Source: Verrucomicrobiota bacterium
GTDB taxonomy: Bacteria; Verrucomicrobiota; Verrucomicrobiia; Opitutales; UBA953
Assembly: GCA_016871415.1 (NCBI GenBank)
Contig: VHDL01000013.1
Location: 31,725 to 55,724, forward strand
Length of the DNA: 24,000 nt
Direction of reading: 5' to 3'
Position numbers and translations under genes: made by a program. Below, one piece after another: positions 1 to 8,111 of the stretch (position 1 is the first letter of the stretch; each line of letters opens with the position of its first letter). The notes beneath the pieces are model-generated. The model worked only from the letters and a program-made list of their open reading frames with translations, ran no database searches and was not told where the DNA came from.

Positions 1-525
1 TTCTGGCTCTCGACGCACGTGACCATCGTCACGCTGGGCTATTCCGCGACCTTTGTCGCCGGCCTACTCGGAGCCCTGCACCTCGTCCTGCGCGCCCTCC
101 AGCCCGGCTACGCCGCCGGAGACGCCGTGGCCCGATCGGCCTATGGCATCCTCGCCTTCGCCACGTTGGCAAGCTTCGTCGGCACCATGCTCGGCGGCAT
201 CTGGGCCGACCAGAGCTGGGGTCGCTTCTGGGGCTGGGACCCCAAGGAGAACGGCGCCATCCTCATCGTACTCTGGTGCGCGGTCTGCCTGCATGCCCGC
301 TGGGGCGGACTGGTCCGCCGGGAAGGCCTCATGCAGCTGCTGGTGCTCGGCAACATCGTCACGGCCTGGTCCTGGTTCGGCACCAACCTGCTCGGGGTCG
401 GTTTGCACAGCTACGGTTTCACGGAACAGGGCGCCTTCTGGCTCTACGTCGTATTCATCCCCTCGCAGCTCCTGCTCGCCGCCTTTGGCTGGCTCCCGGC
501 GCGCAACCGGCAGCTGCCCGCATGA
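1..525 (+). CDS. ccsA: Cytochrome c biogenesis protein CcsA/ResC (System II), C-terminal part; the 5-prime end lies upstream of the window
   Basis: The frame is open from nt 1. The translation is hydrophobic and TM-rich, and carries the Trp-rich motif WGRFWGWDPKENGAILIVLWCAVCLHARW typical of CcsA-type heme-handling WWD domains. Stop TGA at 523-525. Confidence 0.8.
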   Translation, partial: FWLSTHVTIVTLGYSATFVAGLLGALHLVLRALQPGYAAGDAVARSAYGILAFATLASFVGTMLGGIWADQSWGRFWGWDPKENGAILIVLWCAVCLHARWGGLVRREGLMQLLVLGNIVTAWSWFGTNLLGVGLHSYGFTEQGAFWLYVVFIPSQLLLAAFGWLPARNRQLPA

Positions 526-1046
526 ACGCGGGTCGGCACGACTTATGGTTCTGCGTGAAGTCACGTCCGCGCCAGGAATCCGTCGCCGCCCGCAACCTCA
601 CCTCCCTCGGAGGCGTCGAAGTGCTCATGCCCAGGGTGCGCCGTCGCCGGCTGGGCCATGACGGACCAAAGCACGTGGTGGAACCCCTCTTTCCGGGATA
701 CCTTTTCGCCCGCTACGAGCCCGAGGAATCCCACGGACCCGTGCGCGGCACGAGGGGCGTGCTCCACGTGGTCAGCAAAGCCGGCAAGGCCGTGGAGGTG
801 GAGGATTCGGTCATCGCCGAGCTACGGAATCTGGGGCCGGACGCCACGCTCACGCTAGAAGATCCTCTGCCCGAGATCGGAGGGCGCGTGCGCATCATCC
901 GCGGCGTATTCGAAGGGGGTGAAGGCGAGGTGCTTCGCCTCGCCTCGCCACAACGTCGCATCGCCATCCTCATGGCCCTGCTCGGCTCCGATCAGCCCGT
1001 CGAACTCTCCCTCGACGACGTCGAATCTCTCACGGACGAAACCTGA
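522..1046 (+). CDS. NusG-family transcription antitermination paralog (RfaH/UpxY-like; NGN domain plus KOW)
   Basis: ATG at 522 overlaps the ccsA stop (ATGA). The N-terminal LWFCVKSRPRQE...EPLFPGYLFARY resembles an NGN domain. The C-terminal GGRVRIIRGVFEGGEGEVL resembles a KOW motif. The longer 276..1046 ORF is an upstream extension overlapping ccsA and is not credible. Confidence 0.75.
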   Translation: MNAGRHDLWFCVKSRPRQESVAARNLTSLGGVEVLMPRVRRRRLGHDGPKHVVEPLFPGYLFARYEPEESHGPVRGTRGVLHVVSKAGKAVEVEDSVIAELRNLGPDATLTLEDPLPEIGGRVRIIRGVFEGGEGEVLRLASPQRRIAILMALLGSDQPVELSLDDVESLTDET

Positions 1047-1050
1047 TCTC

Positions 1051-1088
1051 CCGCCCTGCCCCCGCCCCTGTCCCTGCCCCTGTCCCTT
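1051..1088. repeat. Degenerate hexamer tandem repeat (CCCYGY), about 6 units, filling the spacer between the NusG-paralog stop and the next start codon
   Basis: Direct reading gives ccgCCCTGCCCCCGCCCCTGTCCCTGCCCCTGTCCCTT. It is the same unit as the array at 18906-18950. Confidence 0.85.
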
Positions 1089-1092
1089 ATCC

Positions 1093-1557
1093 ATGATCCT
1101 CGACCGACTCTCAGGGTCCGCGGCCCACGAATCCCTGCATCCCCTCTTCCCCAAGGCCTTCGCCTATCTGCGCGCGTTCGACACGTCGACGGCGGACGGA
1201 AAGTATGAGCTGCAGGGACAGGATCTGGTCGCAATCGTCCAGCGGTAAGCGACGGCACCGTCGGCCGACAAGCCTTGGGAGGCCCATCGGACCTACGGCG
1301 ACATCCAGGCCGTGTATGAAGGCCTTGAGCTGTGCGGCCATGCCGACCGACGCACCCTCACGGTGACCAGACCTTACGACGCCGACAAGGACGTCGAGAA
1401 ATACGCCGCCCCGACCGGACCTTCGGCGCTCCTGACCCTCGGCCGGGTCAACTTCGCGGTGTTCCACCCTCAGGACGGCCACCAGCCCGGCGTGCAGATC
1501 GACGCCCCGGCCGAGATCCTGAAGGTGGTCATCAAGTTCCGGCTGAAGGTGTCATGA
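1093..1557 (+). pseudogene. YhcH/YjgK/YiaL (DUF386) family gene interrupted by one in-frame TAA at 1246-1248
   Basis: ORF pieces 1093-1248 and 1312-1557 are in the same frame (both coordinates are 1 mod 3). The read-through translation ...LVAIVQR*ATAPSADKPWEAHRTYGDIQAVYEGLE...FAVFHPQDGHQPG... is 154 codons, colinear with my recollection of E. coli YhcH (about 154 aa; EYHARYLDIQ and FYPGEVHKP regions). Confidence 0.7.
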
Positions 1558-2072
1558 AGAAGCAGACCATCCTTCCATCCGCAGAGTCTGATCTCACGAT
1601 TTTTAAGGATTTCTGGGAGCGCGCGATTGCTTACCAGAAACTCAACTCCTTGCCCTGTTGGTATGATTTCCCGGAAAAAACCATCGTTGAAGAGATTCGG
1701 GATGGCCGACATTTCACAATTCACGAAGATGGCGCAATGCTAGGATACGTCTCGATTTCGTTTACGGATCCCGAAATCTGGGAAGAGCTCGAAGATGATC
1801 GCGCCATCTTTCTTCACAGGATGTGCGTTAATCCTGCGATGAAAGGCAACCAACTGGCGGCCATCACGCTAAAATGGGCACTGAAGTATTCCACGGGGAT
1901 GAAAAGAGACTTCGTGCGCATCGACACTTGGGCTTCGAACAACAGGCTTATAGAGTACTACTTGCGCTGCGGCTTCGTGGCCTTCGGGAAAAAGCGCCCG
2001 TCAAATCCCGAAAAACTTCCTCCCCACTACAGCAATATCGAATTGATGCTTTTTCAGAATTCCTGTGCCTAA
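1554..2072 (+). CDS. GNAT family N-acetyltransferase
   Basis: ATG at 1554 overlaps the upstream stop (ATGA). The 172-aa product has a GNAT-like core (AIFLHRMCVNPAMKGNQLAAITLKWAL...IEYYLRCGF). It is markedly AT-richer than its neighbours. Confidence 0.8.
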   Translation: MKKQTILPSAESDLTIFKDFWERAIAYQKLNSLPCWYDFPEKTIVEEIRDGRHFTIHEDGAMLGYVSISFTDPEIWEELEDDRAIFLHRMCVNPAMKGNQLAAITLKWALKYSTGMKRDFVRIDTWASNNRLIEYYLRCGFVAFGKKRPSNPEKLPPHYSNIELMLFQNSCA

Positions 2073-2076
2073 CCCC

Positions 2077-3018
2077 ATGCGACTCCTCCCCGGCCTGCTC
2101 CTCGCCCTCACCTGCGCCCTCGGTTCCGCCCAGGACGTCACCCGCGTCGCCGACGTCATCTACGCCAAGCACGACGGCGTGGCGCTGACGATGGACGTCT
2201 TCACGCCGGCGAAGCCCAACGGCGCGGCGGTCATCAAGATCATCAGCGGCGGATGGAACTCCAGCCACCGCGGCATCTCAGACGGCGGATGGCCAGCCCG
2301 CGGCTACACGACCTTCGTCGTGGTGCACGGGACCCAGCCCCGTTTCAACGTCGGTGAAATCGTGGTCGACCTGAAGCGGGCGGTGCGATTCATCCGGTCC
2401 AACGCCGCCAAGTTCGGCGTCGACCCGGACAGGATCGGAGTCACCGGCGGCAGCGCTGGCGGACACCTCAGCCTCATGCTCGCCACGCGCGCCGACGGCG
2501 GTAACGCGAAGTCGCCCGACCCGGTCGACCGCGTCAGCAGCGCCGTCAATGCGGTCGCCTGCTTCTACCCTCCAACGGACTTCCTCAACTGGGAGAAGGA
2601 AGGCGACAGCCGGCAGGGGGTCGGACCGCTGACCACCCGCGCCCCCGCCTTCGGGGCCCTCGTGACCACGCCCGAGGACCGTGAGAAAGCGGGACGCGAC
2701 CTCTCACCCATCTACCACGTGAGCGCCAAGACCCCGCCGGTCTACATCGTCCAAGGGGACGCCGACCGACTCGTTCCCGACAGCCAGGCAACCCGCTTCC
2801 AGAGCGCGGCCGTCAAGGCCGGCGCGAAGTGCGAAGTGCTCATCCGCAAGGGCGCCGCTCACGGCGGCTGGGCCGAACAGGGCGCGGCCGACACCGACCG
2901 CATGGCCGAATGGTTCGATCTTCACCTACTCGGCAAGCAACCGGCCCAGCCCTTCGGATTTGGGGTCTCCTCGCTGCCCAGCACGCCACTGTTCAAGAAG
3001 GCCGCCAAGGGCAAATAA
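2077..3018 (+). CDS. Secreted alpha/beta-hydrolase fold esterase (GxSxG nucleophile elbow GGSAGG)
   Basis: ATG at 2077 gives a signal peptide, MRLLPGLLLALTCALGSAQD; the track start at 2065 is a GTG. Motifs GVTGGSAGGHLSLMLA, IVQGDADRLVP and AAHGG fit a Ser-Asp-His esterase/lipase. Confidence 0.8.
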   Translation: MRLLPGLLLALTCALGSAQDVTRVADVIYAKHDGVALTMDVFTPAKPNGAAVIKIISGGWNSSHRGISDGGWPARGYTTFVVVHGTQPRFNVGEIVVDLKRAVRFIRSNAAKFGVDPDRIGVTGGSAGGHLSLMLATRADGGNAKSPDPVDRVSSAVNAVACFYPPTDFLNWEKEGDSRQGVGPLTTRAPAFGALVTTPEDREKAGRDLSPIYHVSAKTPPVYIVQGDADRLVPDSQATRFQSAAVKAGAKCEVLIRKGAAHGGWAEQGAADTDRMAEWFDLHLLGKQPAQPFGFGVSSLPSTPLFKKAAKGK

Positions 3019-3054
3019 TCTGGCGGGCGACGCCTTCCGCCCTATCCAAGAAGC

Positions 3055-3759
3055 ATGGAAAGCCGCTGCCGCCTCATCCTGGCCTTGGACGTTGAGACCA
3101 AGGAGGAGGCCGTCGCCCTCGCACGACCGCTGGTGGGCAGCCTCGGCTGGGTGAAGCTCGGCCTACAGTTGTTCACTAAGCACGGCCCTGGCATCGTGGA
3201 CGAGTTCCACGGCATGGGCTTCAAGGTGTTCCTCGACCTCAAGCTGCACGACATCCCCAACACCGTTGCTTCAGCGATCAAGAGCCTCAAGGGCCGTCCC
3301 TGCTCCCTGCTCACCCTGCACGCCGGGGGCGGACCCGAGATGATTGCCCGGGCAACCGAAGCGGCGCGCACCTCCCTGCCAGAATGCCGACTTCTTTCCG
3401 TGACCGTGCTCACCTCCATGGACCAAGCCCAGCTTGCCGCGGTCGGCATCGAGCGTCCGGCGGAGGAACAGGTCCGGCTGCTGGGCCGCATGGCCGTGGC
3501 GGCCGGCTCCCACGGCCTGGTCTGCTCACCGCTAGAACTCGCGATCCTCCGCACGGCCCTCGGCACGGGGCCCGACCTCGTCACGCCCGGCATCCGCTAC
3601 CCCGACGCCAAGGGAGACGACCAGAGCCGCGTCATGACTCCCGCCGACGCCGCGTCCGCCGGCGCGAGCTTCATCGTGGTGGGACGCCCCATCCTCAAGG
3701 CGACGGATCCGGCCGCCATGGCGCAACGCATCCGCAAGGAAATCGGCGAGTCCCGGTGA
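3055..3759 (+). CDS. pyrF: Orotidine 5-prime-phosphate decarboxylase
   Basis: LILALDV...FLDLKLHDIPNTV...VVGRPI are hallmark PyrF motifs. Length 234 aa. Confidence 0.95.
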   Translation: MESRCRLILALDVETKEEAVALARPLVGSLGWVKLGLQLFTKHGPGIVDEFHGMGFKVFLDLKLHDIPNTVASAIKSLKGRPCSLLTLHAGGGPEMIARATEAARTSLPECRLLSVTVLTSMDQAQLAAVGIERPAEEQVRLLGRMAVAAGSHGLVCSPLELAILRTALGTGPDLVTPGIRYPDAKGDDQSRVMTPADAASAGASFIVVGRPILKATDPAAMAQRIRKEIGESR

Positions 3760-4463
3760 GCGACGGGCGAGACATCCTCGTACTGCTGGCCGCCGGGTCG
3801 GCCCGTCGCATGCAGTCCGCCGTGGACGACAAGATCCTCGCGCCGCTCTGCGGCTCCCCGGTCTTCATCCATTGCCTGCGGGCCTTCTCCGCGACCGGGC
3901 TTTTCGGCCGCGCCGTCATCACCTACCGCGACGAGGCCCAGCTTGCGCGGGTCAAATCACTATTGGCCTCGGAAAACATCGGGCTGCGCATCGACTTCAT
4001 CCAAGGCGGCGACTCCCGCCAGGATTCGGTGCTGGCCGCCCTGTCCGCTTGTGAATCGCACGATGGCCTCGTGCACATCCACGACGCTGCGCGCCCCCTC
4101 ATCACGGAGGCCGCCATTCGCAAAGTCAGGGCCAAGGCCTCCGAAACCGGCGCGGCCATCCTCGCCGGACGGGCGGCCGACACGGTCAAGATTGCTAAGG
4201 CGGATTCGGCCTCGGTGGCCGCCTCGCCCGACCGCGCGCTGGTCTGGACCGCCGAGACCCCGCAGGTCTTCCGCACGGCCGACATCCTGCGCGCCTACCG
4301 CAAGGTCAACGAATCCGGCCGCAAGGTGACCGACGACAGCTCGGCGCTTGAGACGGTTGGCATCGAGGTCGCTCTCGTCGAGAACCCTGACGCGAACCTC
4401 AAGCTGACCCGCCCGGCCGACTTCGCGCTCGCGGAAGCCGTGCTCAGGTCGCGCGCTCAGTAA
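3756..4463 (+). CDS. ispD: 2-C-methyl-D-erythritol 4-phosphate cytidylyltransferase
   Basis: GTG at 3756 overlaps the pyrF stop (GTGA). ILVLLAAGSARRM (P-loop-like AAGxGxR), IHDAARPL, ETPQVF and TDDSSALE match IspD. The longer 3384..4463 ORF is an out-of-frame overlap with pyrF. Confidence 0.9.
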   Translation: MSDGRDILVLLAAGSARRMQSAVDDKILAPLCGSPVFIHCLRAFSATGLFGRAVITYRDEAQLARVKSLLASENIGLRIDFIQGGDSRQDSVLAALSACESHDGLVHIHDAARPLITEAAIRKVRAKASETGAAILAGRAADTVKIAKADSASVAASPDRALVWTAETPQVFRTADILRAYRKVNESGRKVTDDSSALETVGIEVALVENPDANLKLTRPADFALAEAVLRSRAQ

Positions 4464-4936
4464 CCGGCTTGCCGCAAAGCCGTGTCGAGCTTCACCTGGA
4501 AGTCGGCAACGTCAGTCTGGGAGGGACGGTAGCCGGGCGAAGGGGGATTGAATCCGAGCTGACCCATCTGGTCGAGATACCAGGTACCGACGGAACCGTC
4601 GCTGAACTTGACCGATCCGCTGACCATCGCCCCGGGAGCCATCACGGTGTCGATGCTGATAGACACGCCGGACTGGGACTGAGGCGCAGGTTCGGCCTGC
4701 GTGGTATCGGCGGGGGCGGCGGCCTCGGCCGTCTCGGCCTGAGGCTCGTCGGCCTTCTTGGGCTCCGCCTTCTCGACAAGACTGAGGTTCAGGTCATCGA
4801 CCAGCAGCCGGACGTCCATGTAAGTCAGGTGCACGTCGAATTCAGAGGCCAGTCGCGCCTGAATCTGGGAGAGCGTCGCCCCCTCGGCCACCCAGGATGA
4901 TACCTTGCCCGTCTGCTGGCTGCTGAGCTTGGTCAT
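4457..4936 (-). CDS. Hypothetical protein with three parts: a small N-terminal helical domain, an Ala/Pro/Glu-rich linker and a C-terminal beta-rich domain
   Basis: ATG at 4936 (cat at 4934-4936) gives 159 aa. The product has non-random composition and sits divergent from menB. The upstream 137 codons of the 296-aa ORF run antisense to menB and look like a high-GC artefact. No family recognised. Confidence 0.55.
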   Translation of the reverse strand: MTKLSSQQTGKVSSWVAEGATLSQIQARLASEFDVHLTYMDVRLLVDDLNLSLVEKAEPKKADEPQAETAEAAAPADTTQAEPAPQSQSGVSISIDTVMAPGAMVSGSVKFSDGSVGTWYLDQMGQLGFNPPSPGYRPSQTDVADFQVKLDTALRQAGY

Positions 4937-5023
4937 ACCCGCAAAGTGTGAGGTTCCCAGCGGTTTTTCAAGCACCCGCTCTAAACGGCTGGAAAACGGG
5001 CCCGAGGCCTGCAAGTTGAACCC

Positions 5024-5869
5024 ATGTCCACCGAGCCACTTTGGAAAAAGTGCGGCGAATACGCCGACATCGTCTATGAGAAGGCCGACGGCATCGCCCG
5101 CGTGACCATCAACCGGCCGACCCGCCGCAACGCCTTCACGCCGGACACCGTGGCCGAGATGATTGCCGCCTTCTCGGACGCCCGGGATGACGTAAAGATC
5201 GGCGTGGTGCTGCTGCGCGGCGCCAACCCCCAGCACGACGGCAAGACGGCCTTCTGCGCCGGCGGGGACCAGAAGATCCGTGGCGATCGCAAGGGTGGCT
5301 ACGTCGGCAAGGACGGTGTCCCGCGCCTCAACGTGCTCGACCTGCAACGGCTCATCCGGACGATGCCCAAGGTGGTCATCGCCCTGGTCTCAGGGTTCGC
5401 CATCGGGGGCGGACACGTGCTGCACGTGGTGTGCGACCTCACCATCGCCGCCGAGGACGCGGTCTTTGGTCAGACCGGGCCGCGCGTGGGCAGCTTCGAC
5501 GGGGGCTTCGGTGCCTCCTACCTGGCACGCATCGTGGGTCAGAAGAAGGCCCGTGAAATCTGGTACCTCTGCCGCCAGTATGATGCGAAACAGGCTCTGG
5601 AGATGGGCTTGGTCAACGCCGTGGTGGCGGTGAAGGACCTCGACGCCGAGGGGGTGCGCTGGGCGCAGGAGGTCCTGGAGAAGAGCCCGCTCGCCATCCG
5701 CTGCCTCAAGTCGGCGTTCAACGCCGAGCTCGACGGACAGGCCGGCATCCAGGAACTGTCGGGCAACGCGACGCTGCTCTACTACCTCACCGAACAGGGA
5801 GACGAAGGGCGCGCCGCATGGAACGAGCGTCGCAAGCCCGACTACAGGAAATTCCCCTGGCTGCCCTGA
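5024..5869 (+). CDS. menB: 1,4-dihydroxy-2-naphthoyl-CoA synthase
   Basis: Crotonase-fold protein with MenB-specific stretches: [45 protein letters not shown], and a C-terminal [11 protein letters not shown]. Confidence 0.95.
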   Translation: MSTEPLWKKCGEYADIVYEKADGIARVTINRPTRRNAFTPDTVAEMIAAFSDARDDVKIGVVLLRGANPQHDGKTAFCAGGDQKIRGDRKGGYVGKDGVPRLNVLDLQRLIRTMPKVVIALVSGFAIGGGHVLHVVCDLTIAAEDAVFGQTGPRVGSFDGGFGASYLARIVGQKKAREIWYLCRQYDAKQALEMGLVNAVVAVKDLDAEGVRWAQEVLEKSPLAIRCLKSAFNAELDGQAGIQELSGNATLLYYLTEQGDEGRAAWNERRKPDYRKFPWLP

Positions 5870-5872
5870 GCG

Positions 5873-6439
5873 ATGCGGGTCACGGAGACCGCCGCCGACC
5901 TGCTCCGCGCGACGTTGTCCGAAGGCGACGTGGCGATCGACGGTACGGCTGGCCGAGGAAGGGACTCGCTGCTGCTGGCAGGTCTGGTGGGGGCGGGCGG
6001 GCGGGTGCACGCCTTCGACGTGCAGGCCGAGGCCATTGATTCGACACGCGCCCTGCTCGCCCAAGCCAGGCTGCTCGATCGCTGCACGCTGCATCGACGC
6101 TGCCACGCCGAAATGGCCTCGGCCGTGCCGGCCTGCGACCATGGCCGGGTCGGCGCCGCGATCTTCAATCTGGGCTACCTCCCCGGGGGTGATCCCACCG
6201 TGAAGACCTGCACCGAAACGACCTTGAGGGCGCTTGAGGCCGCCGTGGGGACGCTCAGGCCGGGCGGCAGGCTCATCTGCGTCTGCTACACCGGACATCC
6301 GGGCGGAGAGGATGAGGCCGGGTCGGTGCACGCTTGGATGAGGGCCAAGGCCCGGGAGGGACTGGAGCTGACCGTCGAAGGACGCGAACCGGGCACGGGC
6401 AGACCTTGGCTCGCCTGCCTCACCCGCGGCTATGTTTGA
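5873..6439 (+). CDS. Class I SAM-dependent methyltransferase of the putative rRNA methylase/YtqB (MnmM-like) family
   Basis: DGTAGRGRDSLLLAGLVGAGGRVHAFDVQ parallels the YtqB-type DxTxGxGxD...V.AFDIQ SAM-binding region. NLGYLPGGD and the length of 188 aa also fit the family. Confidence 0.7.
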   Translation: MRVTETAADLLRATLSEGDVAIDGTAGRGRDSLLLAGLVGAGGRVHAFDVQAEAIDSTRALLAQARLLDRCTLHRRCHAEMASAVPACDHGRVGAAIFNLGYLPGGDPTVKTCTETTLRALEAAVGTLRPGGRLICVCYTGHPGGEDEAGSVHAWMRAKAREGLELTVEGREPGTGRPWLACLTRGYV

Positions 6440-6466
6440 TTCCGGGCATGAACCCCGCTTGATGAA

Positions 6467-7372
6467 ATGATGAACCGCCCAAGACGCATCGCCGTGACAG
6501 GAGCCGAAGGCTTTGTCGGGCGGACGTTGTGCTCCCACTTGCGTGAGTCGGGACACGAAATCGTGCGTCTGCGCTCACGCACCTCGGGCCCCGGCGGCTA
6601 CGACATCCGAACCGGCCGCATCGACAAGGAGGCGCTGCGCGGTTGCGAAGCGGCGGTCCATCTCGCCGGAGCGCCCATCGCCCGACGCTGGAATGAAAAG
6701 GGCGTCCTAGACATCATAGAGAGCAGAGTGGCCTCGACCGATCTGATCGCCCACGCCCTCGCCGAACTACGGACCGGCGGCGGACCCTCCGTGTTCATCT
6801 GCATGTCGGGCATCAACCGGTATGGCACCCGGCGGGAGGGAATCCTGACCGAGTCGTCAGATACGCGGGAGGACGGTTTCCTGTCAAAGGTCACTTCCGC
6901 CTGGGAGGAGGCCGCCGGCCCGGCGGTCAAGGCGGGGATCCGCACCGTCTTCCTTCGCACCGGCATGGTGCTGGGGGCTTCAGGCGGCCCCCTTCAACTC
7001 ATGCTGCCGGCCTTCCGGCTCGGATTGGGCGGCCCGATCGCCGGAGGGTCGCAGGCCGTCAGTTGGATTACGGTCGATGACCTGGCCCGGCTCATCCTCT
7101 GGAGCCTAGACCGCGGCGATGTGTGCGGTCCGGTCAATGCGACCGCCCCGGGTTATCTGACGCAGCGCGAGTTTGCCCATGCGCTCGGCAAGGCCCTCCG
7201 CCGGCCGGCCTTCCTGCCTCTTCCGCGCTGGGCGCTGGCTCCTCTGGGCGGCTTCGCCAAGGAGACGATCCTCTCTGACCTGAGGGTCCGGCCTGAGAAA
7301 GCCCTCGCGGCGGGCTTCACGTTCCGCTGGCCCCGGATCGATGAAGCGTTCAAGGTTTGCCTGCACGGCTGA
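6467..7372 (+). CDS. YfcH-like epimerase family protein (TIGR01777-type SDR with a C-terminal DUF1731-like region)
   Basis: N-terminal Rossmann motif IAVTGAEGFVGRTL. Also RTGMVLG, SWITVDDLARL and the C-terminal PEKALAAGFTFRWP, typical of this family. Confidence 0.85.
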   Translation: MMNRPRRIAVTGAEGFVGRTLCSHLRESGHEIVRLRSRTSGPGGYDIRTGRIDKEALRGCEAAVHLAGAPIARRWNEKGVLDIIESRVASTDLIAHALAELRTGGGPSVFICMSGINRYGTRREGILTESSDTREDGFLSKVTSAWEEAAGPAVKAGIRTVFLRTGMVLGASGGPLQLMLPAFRLGLGGPIAGGSQAVSWITVDDLARLILWSLDRGDVCGPVNATAPGYLTQREFAHALGKALRRPAFLPLPRWALAPLGGFAKETILSDLRVRPEKALAAGFTFRWPRIDEAFKVCLHG

Positions 7373-7415
7373 TTTTGGATTGATGGGAATGGCGCCGACA
7401 AGGATTGTCTGACTC

Positions 7416-8108
7416 ATGTCCCGCGCACTCCTGGCCCTCATTGCGTTCCTCGCCATCGGCTGTGATGACACGGGTCGGACCGGCGCCGCCTCGCTCGACG
7501 TCGAGGATCCAGACTTCAAGCAGGGCCAGATCTTCCACAAGCAGGGCGAGACGCGACGGGCGCTGGAATGCTTCCTGAAGGTCATCGACAGCCGCAAGAA
7601 CGCCGCGGAATCCCACCTCGAGGCCGCCCGCATGTACCTCGACCTCGGCGACCCGCTGCCGGCCATCTACCACTTCAACCAGTACGTCCGACTCAAGCCC
7701 GGCTCGCAGCAGGCGCCGATGGTGAAGCAGATGATCCGCACCGCGGAAAAGCAGTACATGAAGCAGCTCCCGGGGCAGCCCATGGAACCCGACGCCGCGG
7801 GCAGCGTGGACCTCAACGGCCGCCTGCGGGCCCTCCAGATGGAAAATGACCGCCTGAAGAAGGAACTTTCAGAATACACCAGGCTGCGCCCCTCCGACCC
7901 CGCAACCTCCGCTCCTCAGCCCACCGCCCCGACCGCGGCGGGCTCGGGCCGGACCTACACGGTCGTCGCCGGTGACAACCCCACGCGCATCTCGATGAAG
8001 ATGTACGGCAACGGTTCCCGTGCCAATGACATCATCAAGGCCAACCGCGACAAGGTGCCCAATCCTCAGGCGCTGAAGCCTGGCATGGTGCTGGTCATCC
8101 CGGAGTGA
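7416..8108 (+). CDS. Lipoprotein with a TPR-like N-terminal region, a coiled-coil segment and a C-terminal LysM domain
   Basis: Lipobox LAIGC after a signal peptide. The C-terminal YTVVAGDNPTRISMKMYG...ANDIIKANRD...LKPGMVLVIP is a LysM signature. Confidence 0.8.
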   Translation: MSRALLALIAFLAIGCDDTGRTGAASLDVEDPDFKQGQIFHKQGETRRALECFLKVIDSRKNAAESHLEAARMYLDLGDPLPAIYHFNQYVRLKPGSQQAPMVKQMIRTAEKQYMKQLPGQPMEPDAAGSVDLNGRLRALQMENDRLKKELSEYTRLRPSDPATSAPQPTAPTAAGSGRTYTVVAGDNPTRISMKMYGNGSRANDIIKANRDKVPNPQALKPGMVLVIPE

Positions 8109-8111
8109 GCC

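Noticed and set aside
2497-2508. ops-like sequences that could recruit the NusG/RfaH paralog: GGCGGTAACGCG here, and GAGCGTAGCGTA at 21681-21692.
   Set aside because: Each shares only part of the E. coli ops consensus (GGCGGTAGnnTG). The first is inside the esterase coding sequence and the second overlaps the cysNC stop, so neither is in a leader. Recognition elements of non-enterobacterial paralogs also differ, so the resemblance is not informative.
5390-6556. A 388-aa ORF on the minus strand.
   Set aside because: It runs entirely antisense to two well-supported genes (menB and the methyltransferase). The translation is Arg/Gly/Ala/Pro-rich with no recognisable motifs, which is typical of stop-poor antisense frames in high-GC DNA.
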